Positions 26,701 to 39,571 of a stretch of DNA of 64,000 nucleotides are shown here, in pieces. Each line of letters begins with the position of its first letter. The first letter of the stretch is position 1. The stretch lies in contig NC_092677.1 in the NCBI RefSeq assembly GCF_964355755.1, forward strand, positions 10,438,101 through 10,502,100, written 5' to 3'. The stretch comes from Antedon mediterranea. Taxonomy: Eukaryota; Animalia; Echinodermata. The notes beneath the pieces were generated by a model that was given only the letters and a program-made list of their open reading frames with translations, did not search any database and had not been told where the DNA came from. Position numbers and translations under genes: made by a program.

Positions 26701-29700
26701 TTCAGAGGAATCAAGTCTTCTTCCATCAGGACCTTGTGATTCCTTTCTTTGATAGCGTCCACCAGACTGTAAAGGACGGTCATCCTTATTTCTAGCACCT
26801 GTGTCAGATATAGAATTTTTGGATTTTATTGCAGATGAGCTAACATCCCTTGCTTGTTTATCTAAGTTTGATGTGCGACTGTGTTCTTGTACATTCTGTT
26901 TTGTAAGGTTCTTTTTCACACTGTAGGGAGCAACATACTGAGTCGCATGCCCTTGTAAGCTTTTGACAACATTTTCTTGAGGTTTAGTTGAGAATCTACT
27001 TTTCGATGTTTTACTATCCTCAACCCCATCACCAATTCTCCGAGGTCTTGTTGGGTTGAATTGTTTTTGATGATCACTTTGCCTATACTTCACTTCACCA
27101 TCACTTGATCTGGAATTCCTTTTACTATTTTCCACAGAAGAAGTTCTACTTTTATCTGATTTGGGAACTTGGTTCCCTTCCATTAAAGGTCTTTGTTTTA
27201 CTTGTTTTCTATCTTCCTCTCTCTTGTAATCTACTTGCTTAACTTTAGAAGATTTTTCAAATATATTTCCAACTTGAGATGAATTTTCAAAATTACTATC
27301 TTTAATATCACAAGGTTGATTTTCATTTTCTAAATTATTTCTTGTGTGTTCAAGTCTATTTGATGTTTCTTCACATTTATCAGATGTTTTTTCATTTGTT
27401 GTTTCCGTTGGTTTGTTTGACAGAGCAAGAATCATAGCAGCTAATTCATTCGGTTTCGTTGAACTTGATGCGTTTATGATTGCAGATGCTATTGTACTCA
27501 TGTTTATAGCTGGTGCTTCAGTGGTATCTAATTTATGCGATTTGTCAGTCAGTGGTGTTACTCCATTGGTTGAATAGTCCAGTCCAGAATCATCATTGGC
27601 TGTTTGATTTTGAGTTTCGTTAGTCAATGTTCGACTTGCACTGTTTGCGGTTACATTATAGGTATTGTCATTTCGGCTTACACCAGTGAATCCAGACACT
27701 AAAAGAGTTAAAGTACATACTTTGGTAGTAAAGATAAATTCTTAATCTTAATTTTTTAATTCTTAATACACATTTAAAGACACTTCTATATAATACTTCT
27801 TAGCATTTAATCTTAGCAGCTTTTTGATGGCTTTAGGCTCAAAGTGATTATTACTGTTTAAATGGTTGTTTTAAATGTTTTATGTATGTTTTTTTAACCT
27901 ATTGTTCTAAAACAGGTGCTACATCTATACCCGATATGTTTTTATTCTGTATAAATATGTTTTTAAATAAAATAAATAAAAGGATGTTGAAATACCGGCA
28001 AGAACAAAATAATTTAATTTGCAAAGATAAATCCTAAAATGTCACTTACTAGTATAATTAGGATCGTCAATCCATGTTGATGGCTCATTAATAGATGCAG
28101 CCTCTTGAAGAGATGTTTCATTCAAACCATCATGATTCTCATAAAGTGCTCGTGGAAGGCCAGAGGATGGTGATACAACGATGCCACCACCAAACTCAGG
28201 CTGAAAAACAAATGACACTAGCAACGTTCTTACAAATATCTTTCCATGACAAAGATGACACACAATATCTGCTATAAGCACAAGTTAAACTTATTCTATA
28301 ATTTTTTTTATTAAACATTTCTATTTTAAATCAACTGACAGCGATATTAATCTCCTATATTGAGTTCACTTGGAGAAAATCCATTTACAAAGTTTCTTGA
28401 AGGTGGAGTTGTTATTGGTCAGAAGAAAAAATGCAGACAAGATTTGAACTCAGTACCCTGGGATTAGGAGCCGAGCAGATCCCTAAACTAACCAAAGAGA
28501 CTAATAAATGTTGTTCCATACCCGATTAGTATTTCCATTTCCCGACAGAGAGCCAAGAGCTTCTGTCCGTCCTTCCATAAATCTTCCAATGGATATACGA
28601 CAGAAATCCTCAGTGCCAGTGATGTCATTATACCGGTCCAAGATGTTCTCTACACCACCAGTTGACCAGTCAAACTGATTCGTATTGGGTTCTGTTGGTG
28701 ATATATGTTCATCCTGTAATCAAAGATATATGAGTGATAAACAAAGAATTTTTATGTTAAGCTCTGTCTACACTATCAAACTAGTGTAAAGTGCCCAAAT
28801 ATCATAGCGATATGCCCAAATATGGTAGTGATATGACATCATCATGTCAATATGTGGGTGCATAACATTTTGTTGTCACAGTTTGATAGTGTACACAGAG
28901 CATTAAACTTAAGTATCTTACAAAATCAAGTTAATTTAATATTTGTTATCTTTGGTGAAAAATAAGTGTAAAAAATTCACTTATATGAATATTTCTCACC
29001 TGTCTGAATATATTTTCCTTTTCAAAAGATTTTTCTGCTTCATCAATCATTTCTTCAGCACAACCTGGATTGAAAGAGAAATATATTTGTAACTTGTAAG
29101 TACAGTTTATGAATAATGTCCAATGGATCGGCTCCTTTAGGGTACTCCTATTCAGGATAATAATTGAAAAGTTTCCTATGAAACGAATGAGGGGTAATAT
29201 ATGTTTAACACTTTGGCTAACCCACTACTCAGGGGACAAGGGGACACCCCTATTAAGGAGACATTTTTTGCGTCTCAAAGGTTTGACCGTAAAAGGGGTT
29301 CTACTGTGTTATTTTCCTACACAAGAGCAAGATATCATACTGATCGTGTGTGAGAGGATATGAGCTTCAGACCAATTTTTAATTTGCTTAAATTTATGAA
29401 CAAGTTTAAATTACCTCCACCAACAAATTCATGATCACCAACTCCAACGTCTTCCCCACTGATAAAATCTTCAAAAGAAATCGAGGCCATGCCATCTGTG
29501 TACAAGAAGTATATACTTAATATTCATTGCCATATTTATTTAAGTTTTTATTATATTATTTGATAATACATTTAATTATGTATTCTGTATATTAACAGGA
29601 CTGTATAAATATATAGTAATACCACTTACTTGCTTGTTTGATGATGGGTAGAGAATTTCTAAAGGCTAAATCATTAACAACTTGTCCATCATCGTCAAGG

Positions 29701-32700
29701 TAAACAGAGGCTCTGTGATCATCACCATTTTGACTACCTGTTTGAAGGCAGAAAGACATTTAGATATTAAGCTCTGTCTACAATATCGAACTAGTTTGAC
29801 AAAAAAAGTGTGATGTGCCCAAATATGGTAGTGATATGCTTAAATATGGTATTGATATGACATCATCATGTCCATATATGGGCACATCAAATTGTTTGTC
29901 ACATAAACTTTGATAGACAAAACTGTAAAATGTATATTTTGGAGCACTGCCAATAGTATACCTTTTCACTGTCAAAAACCGTATTCAAAGACTACATACC
30001 AAACATACAAGGAAAAAGGAAAGGATTTGGACCCATCACCTTGGGATTGGGTATGTGAACATCACATCCACCACCAAGCCACATCAAAACATGACACCAT
30101 ACCTTGGCAAGAGTTCCCAGTCAACCTTCTGCTGGCATTGCTGCTTCTGGTACTGCTGTGATCACTCCCTGAGCTTCTGGCAGACACCTCCATATGGGAG
30201 AATTCATCATCTCCAAAAGAAAATTTCTGAGAGAATGTGATGTCATTACCAAAATCTCCTAAAGAAGAACGGCCAATGAATGCTTGCCCAGGACTTGTGC
30301 TCTAAAAATGTTGAGATAAAAAGGTAAACTTTAAGTGTTTTTTTAATACTTTTAACACTAAATTGCAAATTAAACTATACTGGTCATACACACCTCTTGA
30401 TCAAATGGATTATTCCTTTTCGGCTGAAATTGTGCTTCTAACCTTTCTTTACAATCTCCATCAAATATAGATTCGTCTTCAAAACGGATACTACTGGCTT
30501 GAAGAGGGTTAGCAGAGGCATATAGAGTGCTGGTATCATTGTGATGTTTGTTTGGATTGAAAAACATGGATGGCATTTCGGTATCATTTCCTCGGCTTGT
30601 GTCACTAGAAACAGATGGTCTGCCCCTGGAGTAGTCGGAGTCACTGTCTAGCCTTGACAATGTGTTCACCTCATCTTTACTTGCAAATCGAACTTGACGA
30701 TACGGAGTAGATATCATACCTTTACCAACAGGTTGACCTCTAGCTTGATCCTGATAAACAGACTGACCCTGGATAAAATATAACAGTTGAATTATGAACA
30801 CTACTGTCGCCCTACTGTTGTTTTCATTGCCACACTAACACACAACTACTACCATTAGTTCAGCCAATGTAGCAGAAATAATGGGTATGCCTAGACAAAA
30901 GAAATTAATTTAATGTTGATAAAACCAAAAATGGCCGCTAGCTACACTATTTTTCTACATATCAGGTATTGTCTATGCAATCGAGGATTTAAGTCAAACA
31001 AATTGAATTGTACCAACTAAAAGATATAACATATAGTATTCTCAAATAGTTTTATCTTCATTACCATGCCAGAAACATCTTGATCTAAATCACCACCATT
31101 ACTAACATTAGGAAGCTATGGATTTTTGACGACCTAGGACATATTTACATCATTTACTTTTGGATTCATTAGGATGTACTTCTTCACTCTATTCTAGGAC
31201 CAGGTGACAACCAACAACATAATACGCATAGGTCGTAGGTCATAACAAATTGAAAGCTCCCTAATACCAACAGTCGTTATGATCTACAAGCATTTACTTC
31301 AATCTCTCTTTTACGCTGATCACTTCCATTAAATTGGTCATGTGATCCAGCATTGATCCCATGAAAAAAATCCATTGTGGTGAGTTGAGAGGTTGCTGGT
31401 GGAACGTTACCATCCTCTCCATCACTCATTCCATCACCTCCACCACCCCCATCACCAAGAACAGGCGCTATCACTTCTCCCTCCGCTGATTCTCTTGGGC
31501 CTGTGCCAAAATAAGAAGGAAATCCTGATCACGTATAGTTTCAAATTTACTATGTTTAATTCAATTAACATTTTTAGACTCCATGTTCCTCGAATACATT
31601 TATTCCATCACATATGAATAAAAATATAATGTAGCATTATAAAGAAAATGATAAAATAAGGGGCTCAGGAAACCAAGATGTTTTGTTTGCATGAAACCCC
31701 AGAAAAAAATTTAAAAAATCTATAATAGCTTTTTTTACTGTATAGTCAAGGGGCAACAAAAAATATGGAGCATAGTTGCGGGCTAATTGATAAGTATGAT
31801 TGGTCAGTTTAATACCAGGGCAATACACACGCGCGCAGTAAGAACTCGGAACATCTCAGAACAGAAACAGGCCTTTCATCAGTGTGTGTGACAGAATAGT
31901 ATTAATAGGTGTGAAAAGGGTATTTTTGTTTAAAGTTTTATAAATTACTATGTTTAAAAATATTGAACTGTACATGTTTCCGCAATAAAATAATGAGTAA
32001 AAGGAATTTTTGCACCTTTTAAGAGCCATTGTCTGTAAAAATCAAAGATTTGGTGGCAGATGTAAAAAAATGGATTTCTCTCAAATTTTTACCATGAATA
32101 GACATTTCAATAAAAAGCATATCTACAACATTCATTTTAATTTTTAGCCTCCGTTGCCATGACAACGGTCAATTATCCAAATTTTGATGTTTTTGCCATT
32201 TTTCACAGATTTTCTATAGTGAAAAAGTACAAAATTGTATACTTATTTTAACCAAAAATACTTACAGTATACAGTTTTTGTTTATAGCAGTGTAAACAAC
32301 ATGTATTGAGTTCCATTTAATGTAGAAAAAAAATAAATTACAAAATGGAGTTTGGTTGATACCATTATTTTAAAAAGGGGTGTTTTTAAAAAATATTTTT
32401 TTTTATAAAAGTATTCCTCATAAACGTACCTATAACTTCCAAAGTGGTGTTTTTAAATCAATGAGGTTTTTTTAATTTGATAGTCAATAGGTTTGTCAAC
32501 AATAATCACGAAAAAAACACTGGGGTAAATTTCGTACATAGGTTCTGTGTTGCCAGGAAAATACGAAAAATACAAAAAATGTAACAAAATATCAACAAAC
32601 AAAACACTTGAAACACAATTTAAATATGGCTAATCCAATAATAAAATGTATATGTGGCTTGCCATAATGCTACTAGAGTCATACAAATAGTTTAGATAAA

Positions 32701-35700
32701 ATAGGAGAATGTGTTGCCAGGTTTATTTCAATTAATTGCCAGAAAAACAGTATTTTGCATTGAAATATTTAGTTGATGGAAAATAATGTTAAACTTGGAA
32801 ATAATTGCGTCAATGGTTTTTATAAATTTTAAAATCTATTTTGTATAAAGAGATACAGAAAGACCTCTTAAAATATCTGACCTTGTAAATAGGTCATTTG
32901 AGGTCAAAAGGGGTCAGAATGCAAAACAGGACAGGTCCCCACTTTACTACAACTATTAATGTTTGATCAAAATTTACAAGATAGTTCATAACAATTCTCA
33001 ACAATTTTCATATTTTACCTATAGTGTTACCTTAGCAACCATTTCTATGTGTAACTAAGGAAAGTAATTTTAAAAAAAAACGTAAAAAATGGCGTTTTTA
33101 TAAATACAAAGAATTGATTGCATTTGTAATTTTTCTCAATTTTACTTCTACTGCATTCCATTAATGACAAACTTGACCTTGTAAATTCATTCATTTTGAG
33201 GTCAAAATTTTACCATAGTAACTGTTTCTATGCGAAAATTTCAAAAAAAATAAGGAGTTTTTCATAAATACAAAACATTTTTTCTACATAGTTTTACATT
33301 TCTACTTTTTGCCAAATTTACTTTAAATACTGAATCCTAATAATCTCAGAAAGAAAGTCTTGACGAATCTGAATAAAGGTAAAAAAATGACCTTTAGTGT
33401 TATCTTAAACCTGTTTACGTAACTAATGATATTTAAAAAAAAAAATTAAATATGGAGTTTTCATGAAAAAAAAAATGTTTACATATTGAGGTCAAATGAC
33501 ATCAACATTTTACCTATAGTGTATTGTATACAACTGTTTCTATACGTAACTAAGTACAATATTTTTAATATGGGGTTTCATGACTACAAACAATTGATAA
33601 CATAGCTTTACTACCTTTTCCCAAATTTACTTATCTACAGTGAATCCCAGAAAATGTCTGACCTTGTGAAAGGGTCATTTGTTGGGTCAAGTTATGTCAA
33701 AATGTATTATTTATGTTATGTTAGAACCTGTTTCTATGCGTAACTAAGGATAATTGTTTTTTTAAATACAGTTGAACCTCCCGTAAGTGGCCACCCTTGG
33801 GACCTGGAAAAGTGGCCGCTTATAATTGTAGGCCTATTATTATTTATAATCAGGTGGTTTAGTATTTTTTAGCATTTTCAGACAAATTTTAAAAACTTTT
33901 ATCATATGAAAAATGGTCGGTCAAAATCTGTGTAGTTTTCTCATCTCTTCACAGTAATGTTTTTAAAACCTCTTCAAAATAAAGCTAATATATAAAGAAA
34001 TACAATAAACATGCACCTCTAATTCATAGGTCCATGCAATAAGTATCACATTTTTCGATTGGCCGCTTACAAAAAATCTCATTTTGTATAAAAAGGTGCC
34101 CGCAGCTGCTTACGGTAAGCACTAAATGCACTAATTAGATAGGAAAAACAAACAGGCTTTTCAAAGTGCGTCCGTTAAGGGAGGTGGCCGCTGTAAATAA
34201 AATATGGGGTTTTCATGAATAAAAATAATCACAGAAGAAAGTGCTTACGAATATGACCTTGTGAAACGGTAATTTGAAAATGCAAATAAGGCATGCCTGC
34301 TACTAATCTACAAATTTAAATATGCAAAATCTAAAGAATATCTCAATTTTAGTTACCATAGTAACTGTTGCTATGCATAACTAAGGGAAATTAAATAATT
34401 ATCAGATAATTATTAATTAATAATTAATACTGAATCCAACCATCACAGTAAAAAAAAATAGAATTTAAAACCAATATTTAATAATAAAGTGTGATATTTT
34501 ACATGCTGACCTTAAATGAAATGAAATTTCAAATCAGGGCTTCAATATTTGTTATGTAGCATTAACATACCTGAGTATATCATTGACTTTTGATTGGTTC
34601 TATTTTGGGGAGGGGAAAGTGGTGGATCCAGGACTTTTAAATAGTTAGGGGGTTGAAGGCGAGGGTCTAAAAACTTAACTTTATGTCCTATCTTTTGCAT
34701 TGCAATTTTTAACTTGGGGTGGGTGGCGGCTTGGAGAAAGGGGGAGGGGGTGGAATGGAGGAGTTTGAATCCGTCTATTCATTGGAGCGATACTAGCGGC
34801 AGTGTGGGTGGTGCTTGAAATGCATGCATTTGACACTCTATAGTGGATGATCGACCAAAGTGTTGCAGTTTATCTTTTTGTGGTTATAGTCGTGGTGGGG
34901 GGGGGGGGGGGTGGTAGTCGAAAGTGGTGGTAGATGGGCATGTGGGATCTGCTTAGGTTAGCAAATAAAAGAAGTAAACAAATGAAAGAGGAGCTTCAAA
35001 ATAAGAGAGGAGTAATCTGTTGCAAAGATTAAAATTCACAACGATCTGATAATTTATTCAAATTTCCAGAGGATATAACCTATAAAATGACATTAAAACT
35101 GGGAATTACAGAATCTATAATTAAAAATTAATTTTTTTTCTCTCAACACAACTAGAACTATATAAAACATTAAGAATTTTTCTGACCAATGAGTTTCAAA
35201 TCAAATAATCAAAGAAAATAAAATGTTTTTACTAATATACCATGTTTTTTTTTTTATAAAAATGCCTATGTTTCTCGCAACACTGCTTGTAGATTTTAAA
35301 TTTACCCCAGTATTTTATTTTAGAAATCAATTATTAAACATTAGAACTACCTATTTGTAATAAATCAGCTAAAAAAATACACCACTTTGGGCGTTATGGT
35401 GAAGTAAAGTTTAGTTGCATTGAACAATTTAAAAAAAGTGAAAAACACCCCTTTTTAAATAAATGGTATCTCCCAAAGTATGAAATAAAAAATAATAAAA
35501 AAATTTGAAACAGGTACACAATGCATTGTTATTATGCATACACTAATTATTTTTTATAATTAAATGAACAAAACAAAAATATCGTTCATCAAAGTAGTAC
35601 CAATATCCATTTTAAAAAACCTTAAAAAAGGACAAAATTTGACAAAAACACAAATTTGGCCGTTGCCATGGAAATATAAGTGTGAAAAAAAAAATACTTC

Positions 35701-38700
35701 ATATTTGATTTCTCTCAACACATATATAGCCATGTGCAAAATTTGAAAGAAATCCATTTTTTTGAGTCTGCCACTCTTTTTGATATTTCTTTGATTCTTA
35801 CAGACAATGGCTCTTAATAAGGTTTCATTTACCTCTGATTCCATTGAATGCATACTGTGTATTATTTTCATCTGAGCTACCTCCTTCAAGGCCTGGCCGT
35901 CCTTCATTGCTACTGTCCTCACTTTCACCCACACATTCTCTTTCTGCAGGTTCTATGTAGTTATTACGCTCTTCTAATTCCTGTCAAAGAAAACAGAATG
36001 ATTTTATATTTATTTTCAATACACAACCAGAACAGAAAGTACATATTTATTTATCATTTTTCTATGACACTGTTAGTGGTGCAACCAAAATAAAACAAAT
36101 GAGGAAAACAATGAAGGGTGGGAAATGAACCTACAGTATGCTTAAACGTTTTTGTTGAATATGCCATTTTAATGTCACATAATATTTATTTCCTTTTATC
36201 AAAAATTGGATCTAGAAAAAAATTTTTATCTGAAAAAACACAAATTGACTAAAAGTCAATGGGTTTTTGGTTGAATTTTTATTTTGTCTTTTTATAAGTT
36301 TTTTGTTAGTTTTTCTTTTATCTGTTTTTGTATGTCTCGGAACAAACCTAATTTCTATGTATATTTTATATGCAAATGACAATAAATGGAAGTAATTTTT
36401 CACTGATGAATAAATAAATACATCTTTAGAGCTCTGTCTACACTATAAAACTAGCTTGACAAAAAAAGTGTGATGCGACTAATTGATAAGGTAATATTAC
36501 CAAATACGGTAGTGCTATGACATCATCATGTCCATATATGGGCACATCACATTTTTTGTCACATAAAGTTTGATAGTGTGGAAAGAGTTAAGAAGTGTTG
36601 TTTTCATTCTCTACAACCTAAATCTTTATCAACATTATTCAACTGACCTTTCTAACAGCATCTAATTCATCTTCTGTGTCTATTTCGCTACTGTCTAAAG
36701 ATTCACTACCAATTGCACGCCCTCGAACACCTATATATTTACACACAAAAACAAAAAGTAAAATGATATACATAAAACTATATAAAATCAGTATTACAAT
36801 TATACCATCAGATAATAAGATGATGAGTAAGTGATGATTGGTTTGAGTCCCACCCGAGAATTACTTGTGAATTGTATTCTTAATGTGGTTAGTATAAAGT
36901 AAAAATTACGTCAGAGTAGTGCAAAACATCTGACCAATGATGAGTGAGATAAAACATGTGCACACCTTGAGACAATCTTTCAGGAATTCCTGATTTGCGA
37001 ACACTGTGATTAGTTTTAGTAAATTTCTTTTGCCTAGTTAGGGCAGCATCCTGCCAGCTTCCTTCGCTTCCCTCCGACGGTCTCCTTGCGCCAAGTGGTG
37101 GGCTCTTCTGCGAAGGCTTAAATGGAAGACTTGATCCCAGGCTAGAACCTGTTAAATTAAACTCGCTTCCAGTATTTTGAAGCGACACTGAATTTGTTGT
37201 CTGGTTTGGAAGATTAACATCTTTACTGTTTTGTTCTTGCCCCTGTGAGGGCAGCCTTGGTGGGAATATCTCTTCACCATCACCACTGCCAGGTCGTGGA
37301 ATATTTGCCATAGGACTGTGTTCAAAGAACATGGAGTCAAGCTTCTCTAGTGGGAATTTTCTTGCACTACCTATCAATAGAAAATTTTGAAAATTAAATA
37401 AAAGAGTGGAAAAGTATACCTGGTATTTTTCAGAAATCATTTGCAAAATGTACAGTAATACGATAACAAAAACTGAAAGGTGCTAAAAGTAATTTTCAAT
37501 TCTGAAAAACTGGGTTGACAGAAAATTAATATATTCATTTTCTAACTACCATAAACTTTTTTTTTTTGCACAAGTCACATCTTTAATTACACTCAATAAA
37601 AATACATAATGTTTAGCATTCTCTAGTACTGTATCTAAATTCTCATCTGCATCTAATAAGGCCTTACTACTTAAAACCTAACCTTTCATGATACAGGCAC
37701 CACATGTGATATACATGAAATGCTGTATTCAGAATTTTCATATGATACTGGATAAATATTGTCTTATGTAGAAATACATGTAAATAATTGTTAAAATATC
37801 GTTTACCTGAATACTTATGTTGCATTGAATTATTTTGAATATCTTTGGTTTGTGAATGATCAGATTCTCGTTTTGCTCCCACAATGCTAAAATGTGATCG
37901 GTTATTATTAACTTGCTTACTATCAAAATCAACATCTCTACTCTGTAACAAGTCAGGCGGTCGTGATTTATTCGACTTAATCATGCAATCGACACAATCT
38001 CCAGCAACATCATTGGGACTATGGTGTTCTTTACAATTGCCAATTGTGTTATTGTCAATGCTATGTCCTACTGTATCAAAGAATTCAAATTTATCAAAGT
38101 GCTGTGGGTCACCTTCATTGCTGAAGGCAGATAGTGGGGTGTCTGGAGTGAGGGTTGTATCTAGTTCAGGCCTTTCTTTGAGGTCACCATGACTGCTTTT
38201 GATTGGACTGCCAATTTGAAGAAGGCTACCAGAGAGATCTAAAATATAAGAAAAAAAAATGATGATGGTAGGAGTGAGACTACCAAAACATGCAAAGTAT
38301 GGGCTACCAATAAATGTCAGCTAAAAAGTACCTTATTTTTATTCAAACATATTTAAAAAATGGCAAAAGTATTCCTACTTTCTAGGAGTTTTATCCAATA
38401 ATCTATATTGTTTTGACAACTCTTATAACATGACCACAGTGCTTATTTTGCCATTTTCCCTTAACTGGTAGTTGATTTGTAATTTTTGTAAAGACTGTAT
38501 ATTTTTTTTTTAATATGGAAAAGGTACAGTACTATTTTACTGTTAGCAAATCTACTTACTACTGTTTAGTCATTCAGAATTGATTTTAGTCGGTAAGTAT
38601 ACAGACTTAAAGTTCTGCCTTTATTTAATTTTAGTAATATATATATCAGTAAATATTAATAATGAAATTAGAAAATATATCTCACCATGCATAGAATCTA

Positions 38701-39422
38701 TTGACAGTATACCTAGAGAAGATCCTGTATTATTCAAGCCTATACTCTCTCGGCCAAGACTACCTCGACCCAGGTCAGTTTGTATGCTTAACGATAAGTT
38801 TGATGATGGCATTTTCTCTAGCATATCAGAAAGGTTATGAGTCTTTAAGAAATTGTCAATATCACTAGAGCTATTTGAATCAAGGCTGTCAAGTAAACCT
38901 TTGGTTTTCAATTTTTTCTTGCTTTGTTCGATGCTATCGGTGCTTGGATTATCCTGGTAGAATTGTGATGGATTGTGGTTATATTGTTTTGGATTTGACG
39001 ATAGCTGTTGTTGACCATAAAATGATCCTCTTGCATCATCATCTAAATATCTGTAGAAAAATAAGGAGAAATGAAATCAATTTATAAACATTTGAAATAA
39101 AAAATGTTGGTGCTAACAATTAACATCAAAAGCCTACAAGTGCCTTTTTATTTAACATACAGTTAAGCTCCTGGGCTAATTTAATTAACAATTTTTAAAT
39201 TATTTTATTGTAAAATAAAAATTTAATATAACATTAACAATTAAAACATAAATTATTGAGACATACTCACTCCTGATATTTATGAGTTTTCATTACAGTT
39301 GACGCTGCCATGGGGGCGCCAGGCGATGAGTCCATAGACATGTCGACGGGGGTCTTGCGAGAACTTGGTCCTCCTATAAGAGACTCATCTAAATACATCT
39401 GAGACGCTGTTGGCCGTGCCAT
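14709..39422 (-). CDS. CEP192: Centrosomal protein of 192 kDa (CEP192/Spd-2), 34 coding exons, about 3013 aa
   Basis: Exons (GT-AG, phases all consistent, sum 9042 nt): 39271-39422, 38686-39050, 37807-38238, 36966-37370, 36648-36730, 35833-35980, 31298-31500, 30394-30768, 30103-30301, 29630-29737, 29415-29495, 29000-29064, 28522-28713, 28050-28200, 25074-27698, 24403-24584, 23851-24081, 23442-23567, 22820-22921, 22445-22657, 22109-22320, 21688-21937, 21150-21314, 20824-21001, 20445-20649, 19757-20059 (donor uncertain), 19343-19543, 18873-19044, 17953-18151, 17008-17177, 16588-16647, 15922-16085, 15239-15374, 14709-14897. Motifs recalled from vertebrate CEP192: STIASAIINAS...ELAAMILALSNK, RTEALGSLSG, CCVGIAAQATLPLHNPSTRWLQ, IPLSGYGGVSNIIL (SPD2 domain), GDEITRHQYR, LSSFAPAYVK...GDIFRATYSAFR. 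The C-terminal half is tandem ASH/PapD-like domains. Confidence 0.93.
15430..15840 (-). mobile_element. tRNA-derived SINE with Deu/Nin-like core
   Basis: Minus strand has a B-box-like GGATTCAAGTCCC at about 15774-15786, followed by GCACTTTAAAGAACCCAGTAAATCTTTTGGAAGAGTAGGG, which resembles the Deu/Nin SINE core as recalled. It lies within a CEP192 intron. Confidence 0.5.
16824..16983. mobile_element. PIF/Harbinger MITE family A copy (TSD TGA)
   Basis: TGA|AGCTCTGTCTACACT...AGTGTAGACAGAGCT|TGA. Confidence 0.88.
17285..17423. mobile_element. PIF/Harbinger MITE family A copy (TSD TAA), inverted relative to the 16824 copy
   Basis: TAA|AGCTCTGTCTACACTATCAAACT...AGTTTGATAGTGTAAACAGAGCT|TAA. Confidence 0.9.
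19142..19318 (-). mobile_element. Penelope-like pLTR or retrozyme-type insertion with 13-bp TSD
   Basis: Flanked by ACAAATTTAACCA at 19129-19141 and 19319-19331. Minus strand has ATTGGTATATAAGC, then a hammerhead core, then ATTAAA. Confidence 0.7.
19195..19240 (-). ncRNA. Minimal type I hammerhead ribozyme motif
   Basis: Minus strand reads CUGAUGA-U-GAGAA-UAGU-UUCUC-GAAAC-AU-GUC. The catalytic core is intact, stem II is 5 bp and stem III is a palindromic mini-stem (ACAUGU). Stem I is weak. Confidence 0.65.
23058..23219. mobile_element. PIF/Harbinger MITE family A copy
   Basis: AACTCTGTCTGCACTATCA...TGATAGTGTAGACAGAGCT. Further degenerate copies lie at about 11410-11495, 18700-18785, 19588-19700, 20278-20391, 23687-23820 and 29770-29920. 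Confidence 0.85.
24705..24895. mobile_element. Young GC-rich palindromic MITE (Harbinger-like, family B)
   Basis: TIR AGGGCCTTTCACACCTG(C/T)TCCGGCACGGTTCCGGTCCGGCGA is nearly perfectly inverted at the other end. A second inner inverted repeat is CAATGTTTCGTTTTTACG. Flanks are TAA and TTA. CpGs are intact. Confidence 0.9.
25074..27698 (-). CDS. CEP192: CEP192 giant internal exon (2625 nt, largely disordered Ser/Lys/Arg-rich region)
   Basis: Matches ORF 25048-27699. Acceptor AG at 27699-27700, donor GTAAG below 25074. Carries the STIASAII...LAAMILALSNK motif. Confidence 0.92.
28760..28902. mobile_element. PIF/Harbinger MITE family A copy (TSD TTA)
   Basis: TTA|AGCTCTGTCTACACTATCAAACT...AGTGTACACAGAGCA|TTA. 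Confidence 0.85.
32023..35813. mobile_element. Non-autonomous Kolobok-type DNA transposon (TTAA TSD), 3.8 kb
   Basis: TTAA|GAGCCATTGTCTGTAA...TTACAGACAATGGCTC|TTAA. About 500 bp of patchy subterminal inverted similarity (TGGATTTCT, TAAAAAGGGGTGTTTTT, CCAAAGTGGTGT, CTGGGGTAAATTT). Internal degenerate repeats of about 240 bp. No transposase ORF. Confidence 0.85.
33769..34193. mobile_element. Tc1/mariner (pogo-like) MITE nested in the Kolobok element
   Basis: TA|CAGTTGAACCTCCCGTAA...TTAAGGGAGGTGGCCGCTG|TA. It interrupts one internal repeat unit just before AATATGGGGTTTTCATG. Confidence 0.7.
36430..36589. mobile_element. PIF/Harbinger MITE family A copy
   Basis: AGCTCTGTCTACACTATAAAACTAG...AGTTTGATAGTGTGGAAAGAGTT. 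Confidence 0.8.
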
Positions 39423-39571
39423 TTTAACCAAAGTAATTTATCCTTGAACACAATATATTATATATACAATGAACTGTCTTACTTTACTGTAGGCCTATAC
39501 TAGGCCTATACTAGGATAGTGTAGAGAGTCAATCATGAATACGCTTATTTATTGGATTTATTTTCTACTAT

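Noticed and set aside
35560-35934. 124-aa ORF as a possible transposase fragment
   Set aside because: It is an off-frame read of a CEP192 exon running into the Kolobok TIR, with no DDE motif.
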